DNA of 64,000 nucleotides from assembly GCA_045586485.1 (NCBI GenBank), contig JAZNAK010000030.1:9652-73651 (forward strand), read 5' to 3'. A model generated the notes under the pieces. The model did no database searches. It was given only the letters and a program-made list of their open reading frames with translations, and was not told where the DNA came from. A program made the position numbers and the translations under genes. This document shows positions 16,930-26,858 of the stretch, piece by piece; positions within the stretch are counted from its first letter, which is position 1; the number at the start of each line of letters is the position of its first letter. The DNA is from Faecousia sp. (GTDB taxonomy: Bacteria; Bacillota; Clostridia; Oscillospirales; Oscillospiraceae).

Positions 16930-17274
16930 ATGAAAAAGTTCCAATCTATCGTTGCAATTGTTGTGCTCTGCGCTATCTGCCTGGGCCTTTGCGCCTGCGG
17001 TATCAGCGAGGAAGAGGCTGTCGGCACCTGGGTCGGCTCCTATACCTACGAAGGCAATCAGTTCACATCTTCCTTTGTTCTGACTGACGAAGGAACTTAT
17101 GTGAAAGTGACGATGAAGAACGGCGCTCTGAGTAGCACCGAAAACGGCACTTACGAGATCAAGGGCAACAAGGTCATTCTCCACAAGGACGGCAACACGG
17201 GCGTTTCCACCACCTACAAGTACAAAGGCGGCAACCTGGTAAATAACGACCACAAGTTCTCCAAGGTGGGCTGA
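16930..17274 (+). CDS. small lipoprotein
   Basis: MKK...LCACG lipobox, GTW beta-barrel-like domain; AGAGG RBS. Confidence 0.8.
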   Translation: MKKFQSIVAIVVLCAICLGLCACGISEEEAVGTWVGSYTYEGNQFTSSFVLTDEGTYVKVTMKNGALSSTENGTYEIKGNKVILHKDGNTGVSTTYKYKGGNLVNNDHKFSKVG

Positions 17275-17330
17275 TATCTGATTCCTTCTTTCATCCACGA
17301 AAGAAAATGAACATCCCCAACAACACAACA

Positions 17331-17358
17331 ACCCCCGGCGGAAACATCCGCCGGGGGC
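17331..17358. terminator. hairpin between convergent genes
   Basis: CCCCCGGCGGA-aaca-TCCGCCGGGGG. Confidence 0.7.
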
Positions 17359-17368
17359 AATTTACTAT

Positions 17369-18841
17369 TTATGCTCTGCCGTAGCGGTGGGTAATCTCAC
17401 AGATCTTCTTTGTCAAATCGTCTGTAATAAAGCCCTTCTCGGCCCGCCAGGTCCAGTTATTGGAGGACAGTGTTCCGGGGAAGTTCATCCGGGCAAAACC
17501 GCCCAGCTCCAGGTAATCCTGCATCTGAATGATGCACAGCTTGCTCACAGAGGCCATACAACCCCGGATCATACCCCAAACCAGACCCTCTTCCGCATTC
17601 AGGCCAAGGTAAGCCTTTGCCATAGCCACATCCTCCGGGGCGGCCTCCTCAAACCACTGCTTTGCGGTGAGGTTGTCGTGAGTGCCGGTATAGCAGACGG
17701 AATTGACGGGGTAGGTATAGGGCAGGTAGTTTCCCTCCTCCCGGGAGTCAAAGGCAAACTGCATCACCTTCATGCCGGGATAGCCGGAATCCACCTGCAG
17801 CTTATGCACCTCATCCGTGACAAATCCCAGATCTTCCGCAATAAAAGCCAGATCCGGCACACCTGCCTGAATGGCCCGGATAAAGTCCATTCCGGGGCCC
17901 TTTTCCCAGGTGCCGCCGGCGGCGGTCAGATCCCGGGCGGGAACGGCCCAATAGCTCTCAAAGCCGCGGAAATGGTCCAGCCGGACCACATCGTACATCT
18001 GTGCGGCAGCGGACAGGCGGCGGATCCACCAGGCATAGCCGTTGTCCTTCATCTTCTTCCAGTCATACAGGGGATTCCCCCAAAGCTGACCGTCGCCGTT
18101 GAAGGAGTCCGGAGGGCAGCCTGCCACCATCTCCGGGCGGCCGCTGGCGTCCAGCCAGAACAGGTGGGGGTTGCTCCACACATCGGCAGAATCCAGGGGC
18201 ACATAGATGGGAACATCACCGATGATCTTGATGCCTTTTTCGTGGGCGTAGCTCCGCAGGGCCTTCCACTGCTGGAAGAACTTGTACTGCAGGAAGAAGT
18301 GGAAACGGATGGAATCCGCCAGCTCCTGTCGGCAGCCGCGGATGCTCTCGGGAATCCGGAGCATCAAAGAAAGCGTCCAGTTCTGCCACGGCTCGCCGTG
18401 GAACTTTTCCTTCAGGCTCATAAAGAGGGCGTAATCCTCCAGCCAGTGGGCGTTTTCCGCCACAAAGGCGTCAAAATCCTCTTCGGGAGTGAAGCGCTCG
18501 TAGGCCTTATGCAGCAATTTGCTCCGGTGGTCGTACATGCGGCCGAAATCCACCCGGCCTTCGTCCTCCGTCCAGCAGATGGCGTCGATCTCCTCCTGCT
18601 TCAGCAGGCCCTCTGCCACCAGCGCATCCAAATCGATCAGATAATGGTTGCCGGCAAAGGTGGAAAAAGCCTGATAGGGAGAGTTGCCGTAGCCGGTGGG
18701 GCTCAGGGGCAGGATCTGCCAGTAGGACTGGCCTGCCTTGTGGAGGAAGTCCACAAAATCATAGGCGCACTTACCCACGCTGCCGATCCCGTAGGGATTG
18801 GGCAGGGAGGTGACGTGCATTAAAATACCGCTTTTTCGCAT
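17369..18841 (-). CDS. malQ: 4-alpha-glucanotransferase (GH77)
   Basis: SGILMHVTSLP, GDVPIYV, GQLWGNPLY, RLDHFRGF, AEDLG, YTGTHDN. Confidence 0.96.
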   Translation of the reverse strand: MRKSGILMHVTSLPNPYGIGSVGKCAYDFVDFLHKAGQSYWQILPLSPTGYGNSPYQAFSTFAGNHYLIDLDALVAEGLLKQEEIDAICWTEDEGRVDFGRMYDHRSKLLHKAYERFTPEEDFDAFVAENAHWLEDYALFMSLKEKFHGEPWQNWTLSLMLRIPESIRGCRQELADSIRFHFFLQYKFFQQWKALRSYAHEKGIKIIGDVPIYVPLDSADVWSNPHLFWLDASGRPEMVAGCPPDSFNGDGQLWGNPLYDWKKMKDNGYAWWIRRLSAAAQMYDVVRLDHFRGFESYWAVPARDLTAAGGTWEKGPGMDFIRAIQAGVPDLAFIAEDLGFVTDEVHKLQVDSGYPGMKVMQFAFDSREEGNYLPYTYPVNSVCYTGTHDNLTAKQWFEEAAPEDVAMAKAYLGLNAEEGLVWGMIRGCMASVSKLCIIQMQDYLELGGFARMNFPGTLSSNNWTWRAEKGFITDDLTKKICEITHRYGRA

Positions 18842-18851
18842 AGTTTACTCC

Positions 18852-19859
18852 TCATTCCTCCACACGCCGGGTACTCTCCCGCTGCTGGAGGGAATAGCCG
18901 ATGGCCTCGTGGCAGGCTTTTCCGCCGTTTTTAATATGGTCGATCAGAATCTCCACGCTCCGGCGGGCCATCACCTCCGTAGCCTGGGCCACCGTAGACA
19001 GCTGGGGTACCAGGAACGAACCCAGGTTAAGCCCGTCAAAACCCATTACAGACACATCCTGGGGAACACGCAGACCGTTATTGTGAAGGGCGCGGATCGC
19101 GCCGATGGCCATCACATCCGCGATGGCAAACAGGGCGGTGAAGTGCCGACCTTCTGCGATGAGCTTTTGGGTGGCATTATAGCCGTCCTGATAGGAGAAT
19201 CGGACGCCCTGATAATCCCGCGCTTCGTCGAAATCGATACCGCGATTCCGCAGCGCCTGCATACAGCCTTCATAGCGCAGGCGGCTGGTGTCAGAGGTCT
19301 CTCTGTCACCGCCTACGATGGCGAACTGCCGGTGTCCCAAAGCGATCAGGGAATCCACGGCGCAGCGGGCCGCCTGCCGGTCGTCGGTGTAGACGCTGGA
19401 GAGGTTGGCAAAGGGCAGGTCGGAGGCATCGTTGGATACCAGCACGCAGGGGATCTTGATCTTGTCAAAATCCGCCAGGAAGTGCCGGCTGTTGCCGCCT
19501 AAAAACAGCACGCCCAAAGGCTTCTTCTCCCTGCACAACTGCACAGCCCGCAGGACCTCGTTGCTATCCTCGTCCATATAGTCCACATAGAGAGGATACT
19601 CCGTCTGGGCCACCAGGTTTTGAATGGTTTCCACCATCTGGCCAAACATTTCGTTGGATGTACCCTTGACGATCACCAGAATGGAGGTGGCGTGCTGCTT
19701 CAGCTGCTTGGCATTGGAATTGATCTGAAAGCCGCTCTCTTCCACGGCCTGCCGGATCTCCTCCCGGGCCTTGGGGCTGACATTGGGCCGGTTGTTCAGC
19801 ACGCGGGAAATGGTGGCCAAACTATAGCCGGTCTTTTCCGCCAGGTCCTTGATGGTCAT
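18852..19859 (-). CDS. LacI-family transcriptional regulator
   Basis: MTIKDLAEKTGYSLATISRVLN HTH; GLRVPQDVSVMGFD. Confidence 0.93.
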   Translation of the reverse strand: MTIKDLAEKTGYSLATISRVLNNRPNVSPKAREEIRQAVEESGFQINSNAKQLKQHATSILVIVKGTSNEMFGQMVETIQNLVAQTEYPLYVDYMDEDSNEVLRAVQLCREKKPLGVLFLGGNSRHFLADFDKIKIPCVLVSNDASDLPFANLSSVYTDDRQAARCAVDSLIALGHRQFAIVGGDRETSDTSRLRYEGCMQALRNRGIDFDEARDYQGVRFSYQDGYNATQKLIAEGRHFTALFAIADVMAIGAIRALHNNGLRVPQDVSVMGFDGLNLGSFLVPQLSTVAQATEVMARRSVEILIDHIKNGGKACHEAIGYSLQQRESTRRVEE

Positions 19860-19895
19860 AGGGTACACCTCCTTTTTGTTTCTGTACTTTTGCTC

Positions 19896-20753
19896 TTATC
19901 CCTTCACTGCGCCGGCTGCCACACCCTTGATGATGTATTTCTGGCAGGTCAGGTAGAAGGCGATCACGGGAATAATGCTCAGCAGGATCAGCGCCATGGT
20001 AGCGCCCAGATCCACCGTGCCATAGCTGCCCTTCAGGTACTGAATGTGAATGGGCAGGGTTCGGAACTCTGTGATGTCCAGGACCAGGTAGGGCAGCAGA
20101 TAGTCATTCCACACCCACATCAGCTCCAGAATGCCCACAGATACCAGGGTGGGCTTCATCATAGGCAGCACCACTCTGAAGTAGGTGCGCATAGGACCGC
20201 AGCCATCGATGGATGCTGCTTCCTCAATATCCATGGGAATGCTCTTAACAAATCCCACAAACATGAACACAGCCAGGCCTGCGCCGAAGCCCAGGTAGAT
20301 CACAGGAATGGTCCAGGGCGTATTCAGCTTCAGGGTGTCCGCAGTTTTGGCCAGGGTGAACATCACCATCTGGAAAGGAACCACCATGGAGAACACGCAT
20401 AGGTAGTAGATCGTCCGGCACACAGGGGAATCCACCCGGGCGATATACCATGCCGCCATGGCGGTAAATACCAGGATCAAGCCGGTGGAGAGCACCGTGA
20501 TCATCACGCTGTAAACCACGGACTTCCAGAAGGGATAGCCGCCAAAGGTCATGCCCTTGATGAAGTTATCCCAGCGGACAAAGGACTCGGCAGTGGGAAA
20601 CGCAAAGGTCTCCGTCTTGACAAAGGTGTTGCCCTTAAAGGAGTTGATCACAACCATCAGAACCGGGAACACATAGACCAGGCTGATCACTGTAAACAGC
20701 ACAGTCAGCAGCACTTTGCCGTAATTTCTTTTCTGAAAATCAGTCAGTTTCAT
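19896..20753 (-). CDS. carbohydrate ABC transporter permease
   Basis: EEAASIDG EAA motif, WNDYLLP, GVAAGAVKG. Confidence 0.93.
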   Translation of the reverse strand: MKLTDFQKRNYGKVLLTVLFTVISLVYVFPVLMVVINSFKGNTFVKTETFAFPTAESFVRWDNFIKGMTFGGYPFWKSVVYSVMITVLSTGLILVFTAMAAWYIARVDSPVCRTIYYLCVFSMVVPFQMVMFTLAKTADTLKLNTPWTIPVIYLGFGAGLAVFMFVGFVKSIPMDIEEAASIDGCGPMRTYFRVVLPMMKPTLVSVGILELMWVWNDYLLPYLVLDITEFRTLPIHIQYLKGSYGTVDLGATMALILLSIIPVIAFYLTCQKYIIKGVAAGAVKG

Positions 20754-21667
20754 TATGCTGCCTCCTCCTTACTCCGGGTGCCCCACAGCTGCAGCAGACC
20801 AAGTCCTGCCACCAGAACGAAGAACAGGACCGCCTTTGCCTGGGCAGTGCCGCGGGCATTGGTATTCTGGCCGTAGAAGGTGTTGTAAATGTTCAGCGCC
20901 AGCATTTCCGTCGTGTGGACAGAGCTGCCGTCGGGATTGATGATATACGGCTGACCGCCGGTCAACGCCAGGTTCTGGTCAAAGAGCTTGAAGCCGTTGG
21001 TCAGAGACAGGAAGGTGCAAATGGTGATGGACGGCATCACATTGGGGATGGTGACTCTGAACAGAGTCTGCCAGTTGCTGGCGCCGTCGATCTTTGCAGC
21101 CTCCAGCATATCCTCCGGCACCGCCTGCAAGCCGGCAATGTATATGATCATCATATAGCCCACCTGCTGCCAGCACATCAGAATGATCAATCCCCAGAAA
21201 CCCCAGGTGGAGTTTGTCAGAATGGAGGTTCGATAGGCGGCAAGCAGACCGTCAAAGATCATGCTCCAAATATAGCCCAGCACGATGCCGCCAATGAGGT
21301 TGGGCATAAAGAACACCGTGCGGAACAGGTTTGCGCCCTTGATCTTCTGGGTCAGGGCATAGGCCACCGCAAAGGCGATCACATTGATCAGCACCAGAGA
21401 AACAATGGCATACATAGCGGTATAGCCGAAGGAGTAGCGGAAGCTCTCATCGGCAAAGGCCTTGAGGTAGTTATCAATGCCCACCCAAGTCCACTTGCTG
21501 GTGGTCTTAAACTTGGTAAAGGACAGGAACAGACCTTGCAGGAACGGCCAGACGAAGCCGATGCCAAAGGCCGCTACCACCGGCAGCAGAAAGACCGGGG
21601 CGCGCCGCTGAATCGGTCTGCGGATAATGGCGCTGCTGAATGCAGCATTACTTCTTTTATACTTCAT
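20753..21667 (-). CDS. carbohydrate ABC transporter permease (start uncertain)
   Basis: FRTVFFMP, YIAGLQAVP, EAAKIDGA. Confidence 0.9.
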   Translation of the reverse strand: MKYKRSNAAFSSAIIRRPIQRRAPVFLLPVVAAFGIGFVWPFLQGLFLSFTKFKTTSKWTWVGIDNYLKAFADESFRYSFGYTAMYAIVSLVLINVIAFAVAYALTQKIKGANLFRTVFFMPNLIGGIVLGYIWSMIFDGLLAAYRTSILTNSTWGFWGLIILMCWQQVGYMMIIYIAGLQAVPEDMLEAAKIDGASNWQTLFRVTIPNVMPSITICTFLSLTNGFKLFDQNLALTGGQPYIINPDGSSVHTTEMLALNIYNTFYGQNTNARGTAQAKAVLFFVLVAGLGLLQLWGTRSKEEAA

Positions 21668-21795
21668 TATTATCGCCTCTCCCATATACATATGGTTTCC
21701 ACGGAAAACACCTCATGCGGAGCACTCCGTGATATTGAAAAACGGGGCGAGCGTATGCTCGCCCCGCTGCGTATAGAGGGTGATCTCAGATCAAA

Positions 21796-23145
21796 TTAGC
21801 CGTTAGCAGCCTGATACTGGGTAGCCCAGCCAGCTACGAATGCGGTGACAACAGCTGCCCAGTTCTCGTCGGTGGGATCAGCGTTGTATGCGTTCAGAGC
21901 GGAAACTGCAGTAGCGCGGTATGCATCAACATTGGGCTGATAGTTGGTGACCCAAGGCATGGTGTAGTGACCAGCGTTTGCGTATGCGTTAGCATCGGCC
22001 AGGAAGGGGTTGGTGGACTCAACAGCGTTCTTGTAGGGCATAACGCCGAAGGTACCCACAGCGATTGCGGATGCCTCGGGATCGGTGACCAGCCACTTCA
22101 TGAATGCCAGAGTAGCAGCGATGTCTTCCTCGGAAGCCTCGGAGTTAACTGCCCAGTAGTTCTCAGTACCGCAGTTCAGGCCGGCCTTCTCTTCGCCTTC
22201 CACGCCGCAGTAGTAGGGGATCATGGACAGGTTCTCAGCCTTCATGCCCTTGTCGGACAGGCCGGACCACTCCCAGTTGCCGTTGAAGTAGAACAGAGCT
22301 TCGCCGTTAGCGAACTCAGCAGCTGCATCGAAGCCGCCGTTTGCCAGGTCAGCGCGGTTGGTAGCGGAGTTAACAACCATCAGATCGTACAGGTTTCTGT
22401 AGTTGTCCATGTAGGTGCCCTTGATGGAGGCGGGGCAGGAAGCCCATGCTGCGGGATCATCAACGGACTCGTAGTAGTAAGCCAGGTTGATCAGGTGGCC
22501 GGTGAAACGCCAGCTGGAAGAGCCGTCCATGCCAGCAGAGGTGAATGCGTCGAAGCCCAGCTCAGCAGCGCGAGCGTGAACGTCCTCAGCAACTTCCTTC
22601 AGGGTAGCGAAATTGGTGATGTAGTCTTCAGCGTAGCCAGCCTTAACCAGCAGTTCCTTGTTGACGATGATGCCGTAGCACTCGTAGCAGTAGCCGATGG
22701 AGCACAGCTTGCCATCAGCATCGTACAGCATGTAAGCGTCGGTGTTCAGCTCGTCGACGATCTCAGTGCCGGTCAGGTCCAGGCAGTAGTCGCCCCAGTT
22801 CTCAACGGCGGCAGCGTTGCCAACCACGAACATGGTGGGAGCGTCGGACTTGTCCATCTGAGCGGTCAGAGTCTCGTTGTAGGTGCCGGAAGCAGCGGTG
22901 ACGACCTTGACAGGAACGCCGGTCTTCTGGGTGTACAGAGCAGCAACCTGCTGCAGAGCCTCATCGGACTCGGGCTTGAAGTTCAGCCAGTAGACGGAAC
23001 CCTTAGCCTCGGGCTTGCCCTCAGTGGCGTCGTTGCCATTTGTTGCGTCGTTGCCCTTGGTCTCATCGGGGGTGTTGGTGGTGCCGCAAGCGGCCAGACC
23101 CAGGACCAGAACCAGAGCCAACAGCAATGCAATCAGCTTTTTCAT
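21796..23145 (-). CDS. sugar (malto-oligosaccharide) ABC transporter substrate-binding lipoprotein
   Basis: MKK...LAACG lipobox, YWLNFKPE; AGGAGG RBS; clustered with malQ. Confidence 0.92.
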   Translation of the reverse strand: MKKLIALLLALVLVLGLAACGTTNTPDETKGNDATNGNDATEGKPEAKGSVYWLNFKPESDEALQQVAALYTQKTGVPVKVVTAASGTYNETLTAQMDKSDAPTMFVVGNAAAVENWGDYCLDLTGTEIVDELNTDAYMLYDADGKLCSIGYCYECYGIIVNKELLVKAGYAEDYITNFATLKEVAEDVHARAAELGFDAFTSAGMDGSSSWRFTGHLINLAYYYESVDDPAAWASCPASIKGTYMDNYRNLYDLMVVNSATNRADLANGGFDAAAEFANGEALFYFNGNWEWSGLSDKGMKAENLSMIPYYCGVEGEEKAGLNCGTENYWAVNSEASEEDIAATLAFMKWLVTDPEASAIAVGTFGVMPYKNAVESTNPFLADANAYANAGHYTMPWVTNYQPNVDAYRATAVSALNAYNADPTDENWAAVVTAFVAGWATQYQAANG

Positions 23146-23248
23146 TGTGTGTCCTCCTAAAAAAATAATATGGATAAAATAATATATGCTCACGGCATAT
23201 GCCGAAAAAGCCGGAATCAGCGGTTATCCGGGGGAATAACCGGGTTTA

Positions 23249-23264
23249 ATGAAAACGATTTCAT
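23249..23264. promoter_or_regulatory. LacI-type operator 1
   Basis: ATGAAAACGATTTCAT near-palindrome with central CG. Confidence 0.7.
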
Positions 23265-23389
23265 ATTCACCTACACAACTATATAGCATTTGCGAAAAAA
23301 AAGCAACAACTAAATGCTTATTTTTGATAGAATCTCCATTTTTTACAGTTGCACGGCCCTTTTTTTGTGCATATTTTTAGGCATCATAA

Positions 23390-23405
23390 TTGGAAACGAT
23401 TTCAT
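23390..23405. promoter_or_regulatory. LacI-type operator 2
   Basis: TTGGAAACGATTTCAT, a second copy 141 bp from the first. Confidence 0.65.
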
Positions 23406-23574
23406 ATTTCTTGAAAACAGTCGGTTTTTGTTGCTGCCGCTGCGCTGAAAGAGGGCGTCTTAGTTATACTTTAATGAATCTGCGCCCCCCGCAGACCGGT
23501 TTGAAACAAAATAAAATGTTGCTTTTTTCTGCTAACAGAGGTAAAATTGTCCTATCAATCAGGAGGTTTTTCTT

Positions 23575-24921
23575 ATGTCACCGGTTATTTCTTTAATTGG
23601 TATTATCCTGGGCTTGGTAGTGCTGATCGTTTTGGCATACAAGGGTCACTCCATTGTATGGGTCGCACCCTTCTGCGCGATCCTCGTTGCCCTTCTCAGC
23701 GGCTTTGACCTGCTGAAGGCCTACCTTGAAGACTACATTGGCGGCACTGCAGCCTATGTGGTGTCCTGGTTCCCGGCCTTTTTCCTGGGCGCTGTGTATG
23801 GCAAGATCATGGATCTGACCGGCTCTGCCCGGTCCTTGGCCAACAAGCTGATCTCCTTTATCGGCTCTAAGTACGCTGTGCTGGCTGTGGTCCTGCCCTG
23901 TCTGCTGATGACCTACGGCGGCATCTCCCTGTTCGTCGTTGTCTTCGTGGTGTATCCCATGGGCTACGCCATCTATCGGGAGGCAGATCTGCCCCGGACC
24001 CTTCTGCCCGGCGCCATCGCCTTCGGCGCCTTCGGTATCACCATGACCTGTATCCCCGGCACGCCCCAGATCCAGAATATCATCCCCACCGAGTATTACG
24101 GCACCACCGCTGCCGCAGCTCCCCTGATGGGCATCATCGGCGCGCTGCTGATCGCCGTCCCCGGCTACATATATCTGGAAACCCGTGCCAGAAATGCCCG
24201 GAAGAAGGGGCTGCACTTTGTGGAAGATCCCAAGTATAAAGGCAGCACCGAAGAGATCGCCCAGCCCAAGTGGCACTGGCTCAGCGGCCTTGTGCCTCTG
24301 CTGGTGGTAGTGCTGATGCTGAATGTCCTGCCCGGCATTCTGAAAAAGCACAATCTTGCCGACTGGAGCTCCAGCCAGGCAATCGTGGTAGCGCTGCTGG
24401 GCGGCATCGTGGTGGCCTGCCTGATGAATGTCCATCAGCTGAAAAAGATCCTGCCCGCCGTCAACGAGGGCGCCAACGGCTCTCTGACCGCCATTATGAA
24501 CACCGCCTGCGCCGTGGGCTTCGGCTCTGTGGTCAAGCTGGTTCCCGGCTTTGCCCTGCTGAAGAACGCCATGCTGAATATGCCCGGCTCCATCCTCTTC
24601 TCCGAGGCAGTAGCCGTGAATGTCCTGGCCGGCGCCACCGGCTCCGCTTCCGGCGGTATGTCCATCGCTCTGGAGGCCCTTGGCCCCCAGTACCTGGAAA
24701 AGGCCGCTCAGATTGGAATGAATCCCGAGCTTCTTCACCGGATCGCGTCCATCGCCTCCGGCGGTCTGGACACCCTGCCCCACAACGGCGCGGTGCTGAC
24801 CCTGCTGGCGGTGTCCAACTGCAAACACAAAGAGTCCTACATGGACATCTGTGTCACCTCCTGCATCATCCCGGTGGTGGTATCCCTGCTGCTGTCCTTC
24901 GTATGGGGACTGTTCATTTAA
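23575..24921 (+). CDS. GntP-family permease (H+/gluconate-like symporter)
   Basis: TYGGISLFVVVF, PGTPQIQN, GSASGGMSIAL, GGLDTLPHNGAV. Confidence 0.88.
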   Translation: MSPVISLIGIILGLVVLIVLAYKGHSIVWVAPFCAILVALLSGFDLLKAYLEDYIGGTAAYVVSWFPAFFLGAVYGKIMDLTGSARSLANKLISFIGSKYAVLAVVLPCLLMTYGGISLFVVVFVVYPMGYAIYREADLPRTLLPGAIAFGAFGITMTCIPGTPQIQNIIPTEYYGTTAAAAPLMGIIGALLIAVPGYIYLETRARNARKKGLHFVEDPKYKGSTEEIAQPKWHWLSGLVPLLVVVLMLNVLPGILKKHNLADWSSSQAIVVALLGGIVVACLMNVHQLKKILPAVNEGANGSLTAIMNTACAVGFGSVVKLVPGFALLKNAMLNMPGSILFSEAVAVNVLAGATGSASGGMSIALEALGPQYLEKAAQIGMNPELLHRIASIASGGLDTLPHNGAVLTLLAVSNCKHKESYMDICVTSCIIPVVVSLLLSFVWGLFI

Positions 24922-24934
24922 TAAATGCAAAAAT

Positions 24935-24967
24935 AAAAGGAACGGCTCAAATAGCCGTTCCTTTTTT
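24935..24967. terminator. bidirectional terminator (GGAACGG type)
   Basis: AAAAGGAACGGCT-caaat-AGCCGTTCCTTTTTT. Confidence 0.8.
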
Positions 24968-24980
24968 GTGTTGATGAAAA

Positions 24981-25661
24981 TTATTCCTCGGTCTTCTTGG
25001 GCAGAGGCGCAAATACGAAAACGGAGTACACAGCGGAGATCAGCATTCTCCAGGTGGAGAGGCTCATGATCTGCGCGCCGAAGATGGTGAAGAACATCTT
25101 GAAGGTGAGCATGCCCTTGGGGAAGTCCACGACCACACCGATGGTCTTGATCAGAGGCAGCAGGATCAGCAGAACGCCCATAATGGCCACGAACACGATC
25201 AGCACCACATTGTTGTACTTGCCGGCGACATCGGCGGAAATGTCCTCACCCTTGGCGAAGACATGGAACTTGAAGCCGCCCAGAGTGCAGATGTAAGCAA
25301 AGATGGCAAACACGGTGTACAGAACATTCAGGAACACCGTGAAGAAGGCCAGCATTGCGTATGCGCTGAACACAAAGCTCCAGGACAGGAAATAGACGAT
25401 GAATTGGGTGGCGTGCTTCAGTTCCTTACCCTCATTGCGCAGCAGCTCGTGGAGCTTCAGCGTGGGGGCGGATACCACGGAGAACAGGTAGCCGAAGATA
25501 TACAGGGCTACGGCAAGCATCAGCGCAATCAGAGCAAAGGGCAGCATAAAGACGCCGGTGACGATGGCAAAGGCCAGAGGCATCGCCTTATACTTCTTCA
25601 GCTTCTGCGCTTCCTTGATGACAGCGGTCACGCCTTGCAGGTAGTTTGCAGAGAAATCCAT
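24981..25661 (-). CDS. hypothetical multi-pass membrane protein
   Basis: several hydrophobic helices, AAGGAGG RBS, own TTGAAA/TATAAT promoter on the minus strand. Confidence 0.78.
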   Translation of the reverse strand: MDFSANYLQGVTAVIKEAQKLKKYKAMPLAFAIVTGVFMLPFALIALMLAVALYIFGYLFSVVSAPTLKLHELLRNEGKELKHATQFIVYFLSWSFVFSAYAMLAFFTVFLNVLYTVFAIFAYICTLGGFKFHVFAKGEDISADVAGKYNNVVLIVFVAIMGVLLILLPLIKTIGVVVDFPKGMLTFKMFFTIFGAQIMSLSTWRMLISAVYSVFVFAPLPKKTEE

Positions 25662-25750
25662 AGACAAATCCTCCTTTTAATTTAGCAGTTGCTCTGCTTG
25701 CGTTCCATTATACGACGAAATCTACCATTTTTCAAGTTTTGCGAAAAACA

Positions 25751-25783
25751 ACAAAGGGAACGGTCGAAACCGTTCCCTTTGTT
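25751..25783. terminator. terminator (GGAACGG type)
   Basis: AAAGGGAACGGT-cgaa-ACCGTTCCCTTT; stem related to the 24935 hairpin. Confidence 0.78.
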
Positions 25784-25841
25784 TCATTTTCCTCAGAAGC
25801 AGCGCTTCAGCTTACACTTCCAACCGCGGTCGTGGGGAGCA

Positions 25842-26201
25842 TCATAATCCACTGTATATAAAGTGCCACCAGTAGGGCCAGATCACTTCCGAGGCGCTTC
25901 CTGTGGTGGACCAGATGCAGCGCCAGGTGGTTTCCTCCCAGCGATCGTTCACTTTCTCGAAAGACAGAACATGAGCCATTGTTTTCCCGGTTTCAATATA
26001 GTAAACCTCTGCCCTTCGGCCGTCACAATTCAAAACTTTGAAGCTTTCCATTTCACCCAGCATGGAATTGTCCCGGTAAGCAACTTCAAAATCAGCGTAA
26101 TATTTGTTTGTCAGAATCTCACATTTGATCAGGGCGATGCTTTGAAAGAGCACAAAAACCGCCAGAAAAATGAGCAGAACAACGAGTTTGCGTCGTTTCA
26201 T
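25842..26201 (-). CDS. lower-GC hypothetical protein with N-terminal membrane anchor
   Basis: MKRRKLVVLLIFLAVF..., AAGGAGG RBS, 119 aa. Confidence 0.75.
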   Translation of the reverse strand: MKRRKLVVLLIFLAVFVLFQSIALIKCEILTNKYYADFEVAYRDNSMLGEMESFKVLNCDGRRAEVYYIETGKTMAHVLSFEKVNDRWEETTWRCIWSTTGSASEVIWPYWWHFIYSGL

Positions 26202-26249
26202 ATTCAAGCCTCCTTCTGAACAAGCACAGATCGTATCATACGCAAATAA

Positions 26250-26273
26250 GGCGGGAGCAAGCCCCCGCCCTAC
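26250..26273. repeat. single GTAG-type REP
   Basis: 24 bp identical to 10916-10939. Confidence 0.85.
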
Positions 26274-26314
26274 ATTTGGATTTCTTACTTGAAGCAACGC
26301 TTCCGGTTTGCTCT

Positions 26315-26848
26315 TTACGGGTGGAGTTCATCCCAACCCTGGAAAACGTTGTTCCTTGGGCCTTCCCGCAGGATCACCCTGGGGGTGGGCAGCACCACCG
26401 TGGCGTTGTCGGGAATGTCACTTGTGACCACGCAATTTGCGCCGATGCGGACATTGTTGCCGATGCGAATACCACCGATGATCTTGGCGCCTGCGCCGAT
26501 ATACACATTGTCTCCGATCACCGGCGCGCCAGGATGCTTGGTGTCGGAGAGGGTGTTGGAGCCGATGGTCACTTGCTGAAATATGGTACAGTTGGCACCG
26601 ATCTTTGCGCCGCAGGAAATGAAAATCCCGAAGAATCCGTGAGGGAATCTAATATTCTGCCCGATCTGTGCCTCCAGGGGAATGTCGGCACCGGCGCGCT
26701 GCAGGGCTTTCGTGTACAGATGCGTTGCCCACAGGCGGGAGATCTTCCCCAAAGCTTTGGGCTGGGAAGAAGTTAACTTCTTCCGCAGCCGCCAGCAATA
26801 ATTTACATCGTCAGATCGGCGGAACCACCGATAGATCCTTTTGACCAT
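26315..26848 (-). CDS. serine O-acetyltransferase-like left-handed beta-helix protein
   Basis: FPHGFFGIFIS, IFQQVTIG, PVIGDNVYIGAGAKIIGGIRIGNNVRIGANCVV hexapeptide repeats. Confidence 0.85.
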   Translation of the reverse strand: MVKRIYRWFRRSDDVNYCWRLRKKLTSSQPKALGKISRLWATHLYTKALQRAGADIPLEAQIGQNIRFPHGFFGIFISCGAKIGANCTIFQQVTIGSNTLSDTKHPGAPVIGDNVYIGAGAKIIGGIRIGNNVRIGANCVVTSDIPDNATVVLPTPRVILREGPRNNVFQGWDELHP

Positions 26849-26858
26849 GGCTTAAGGA

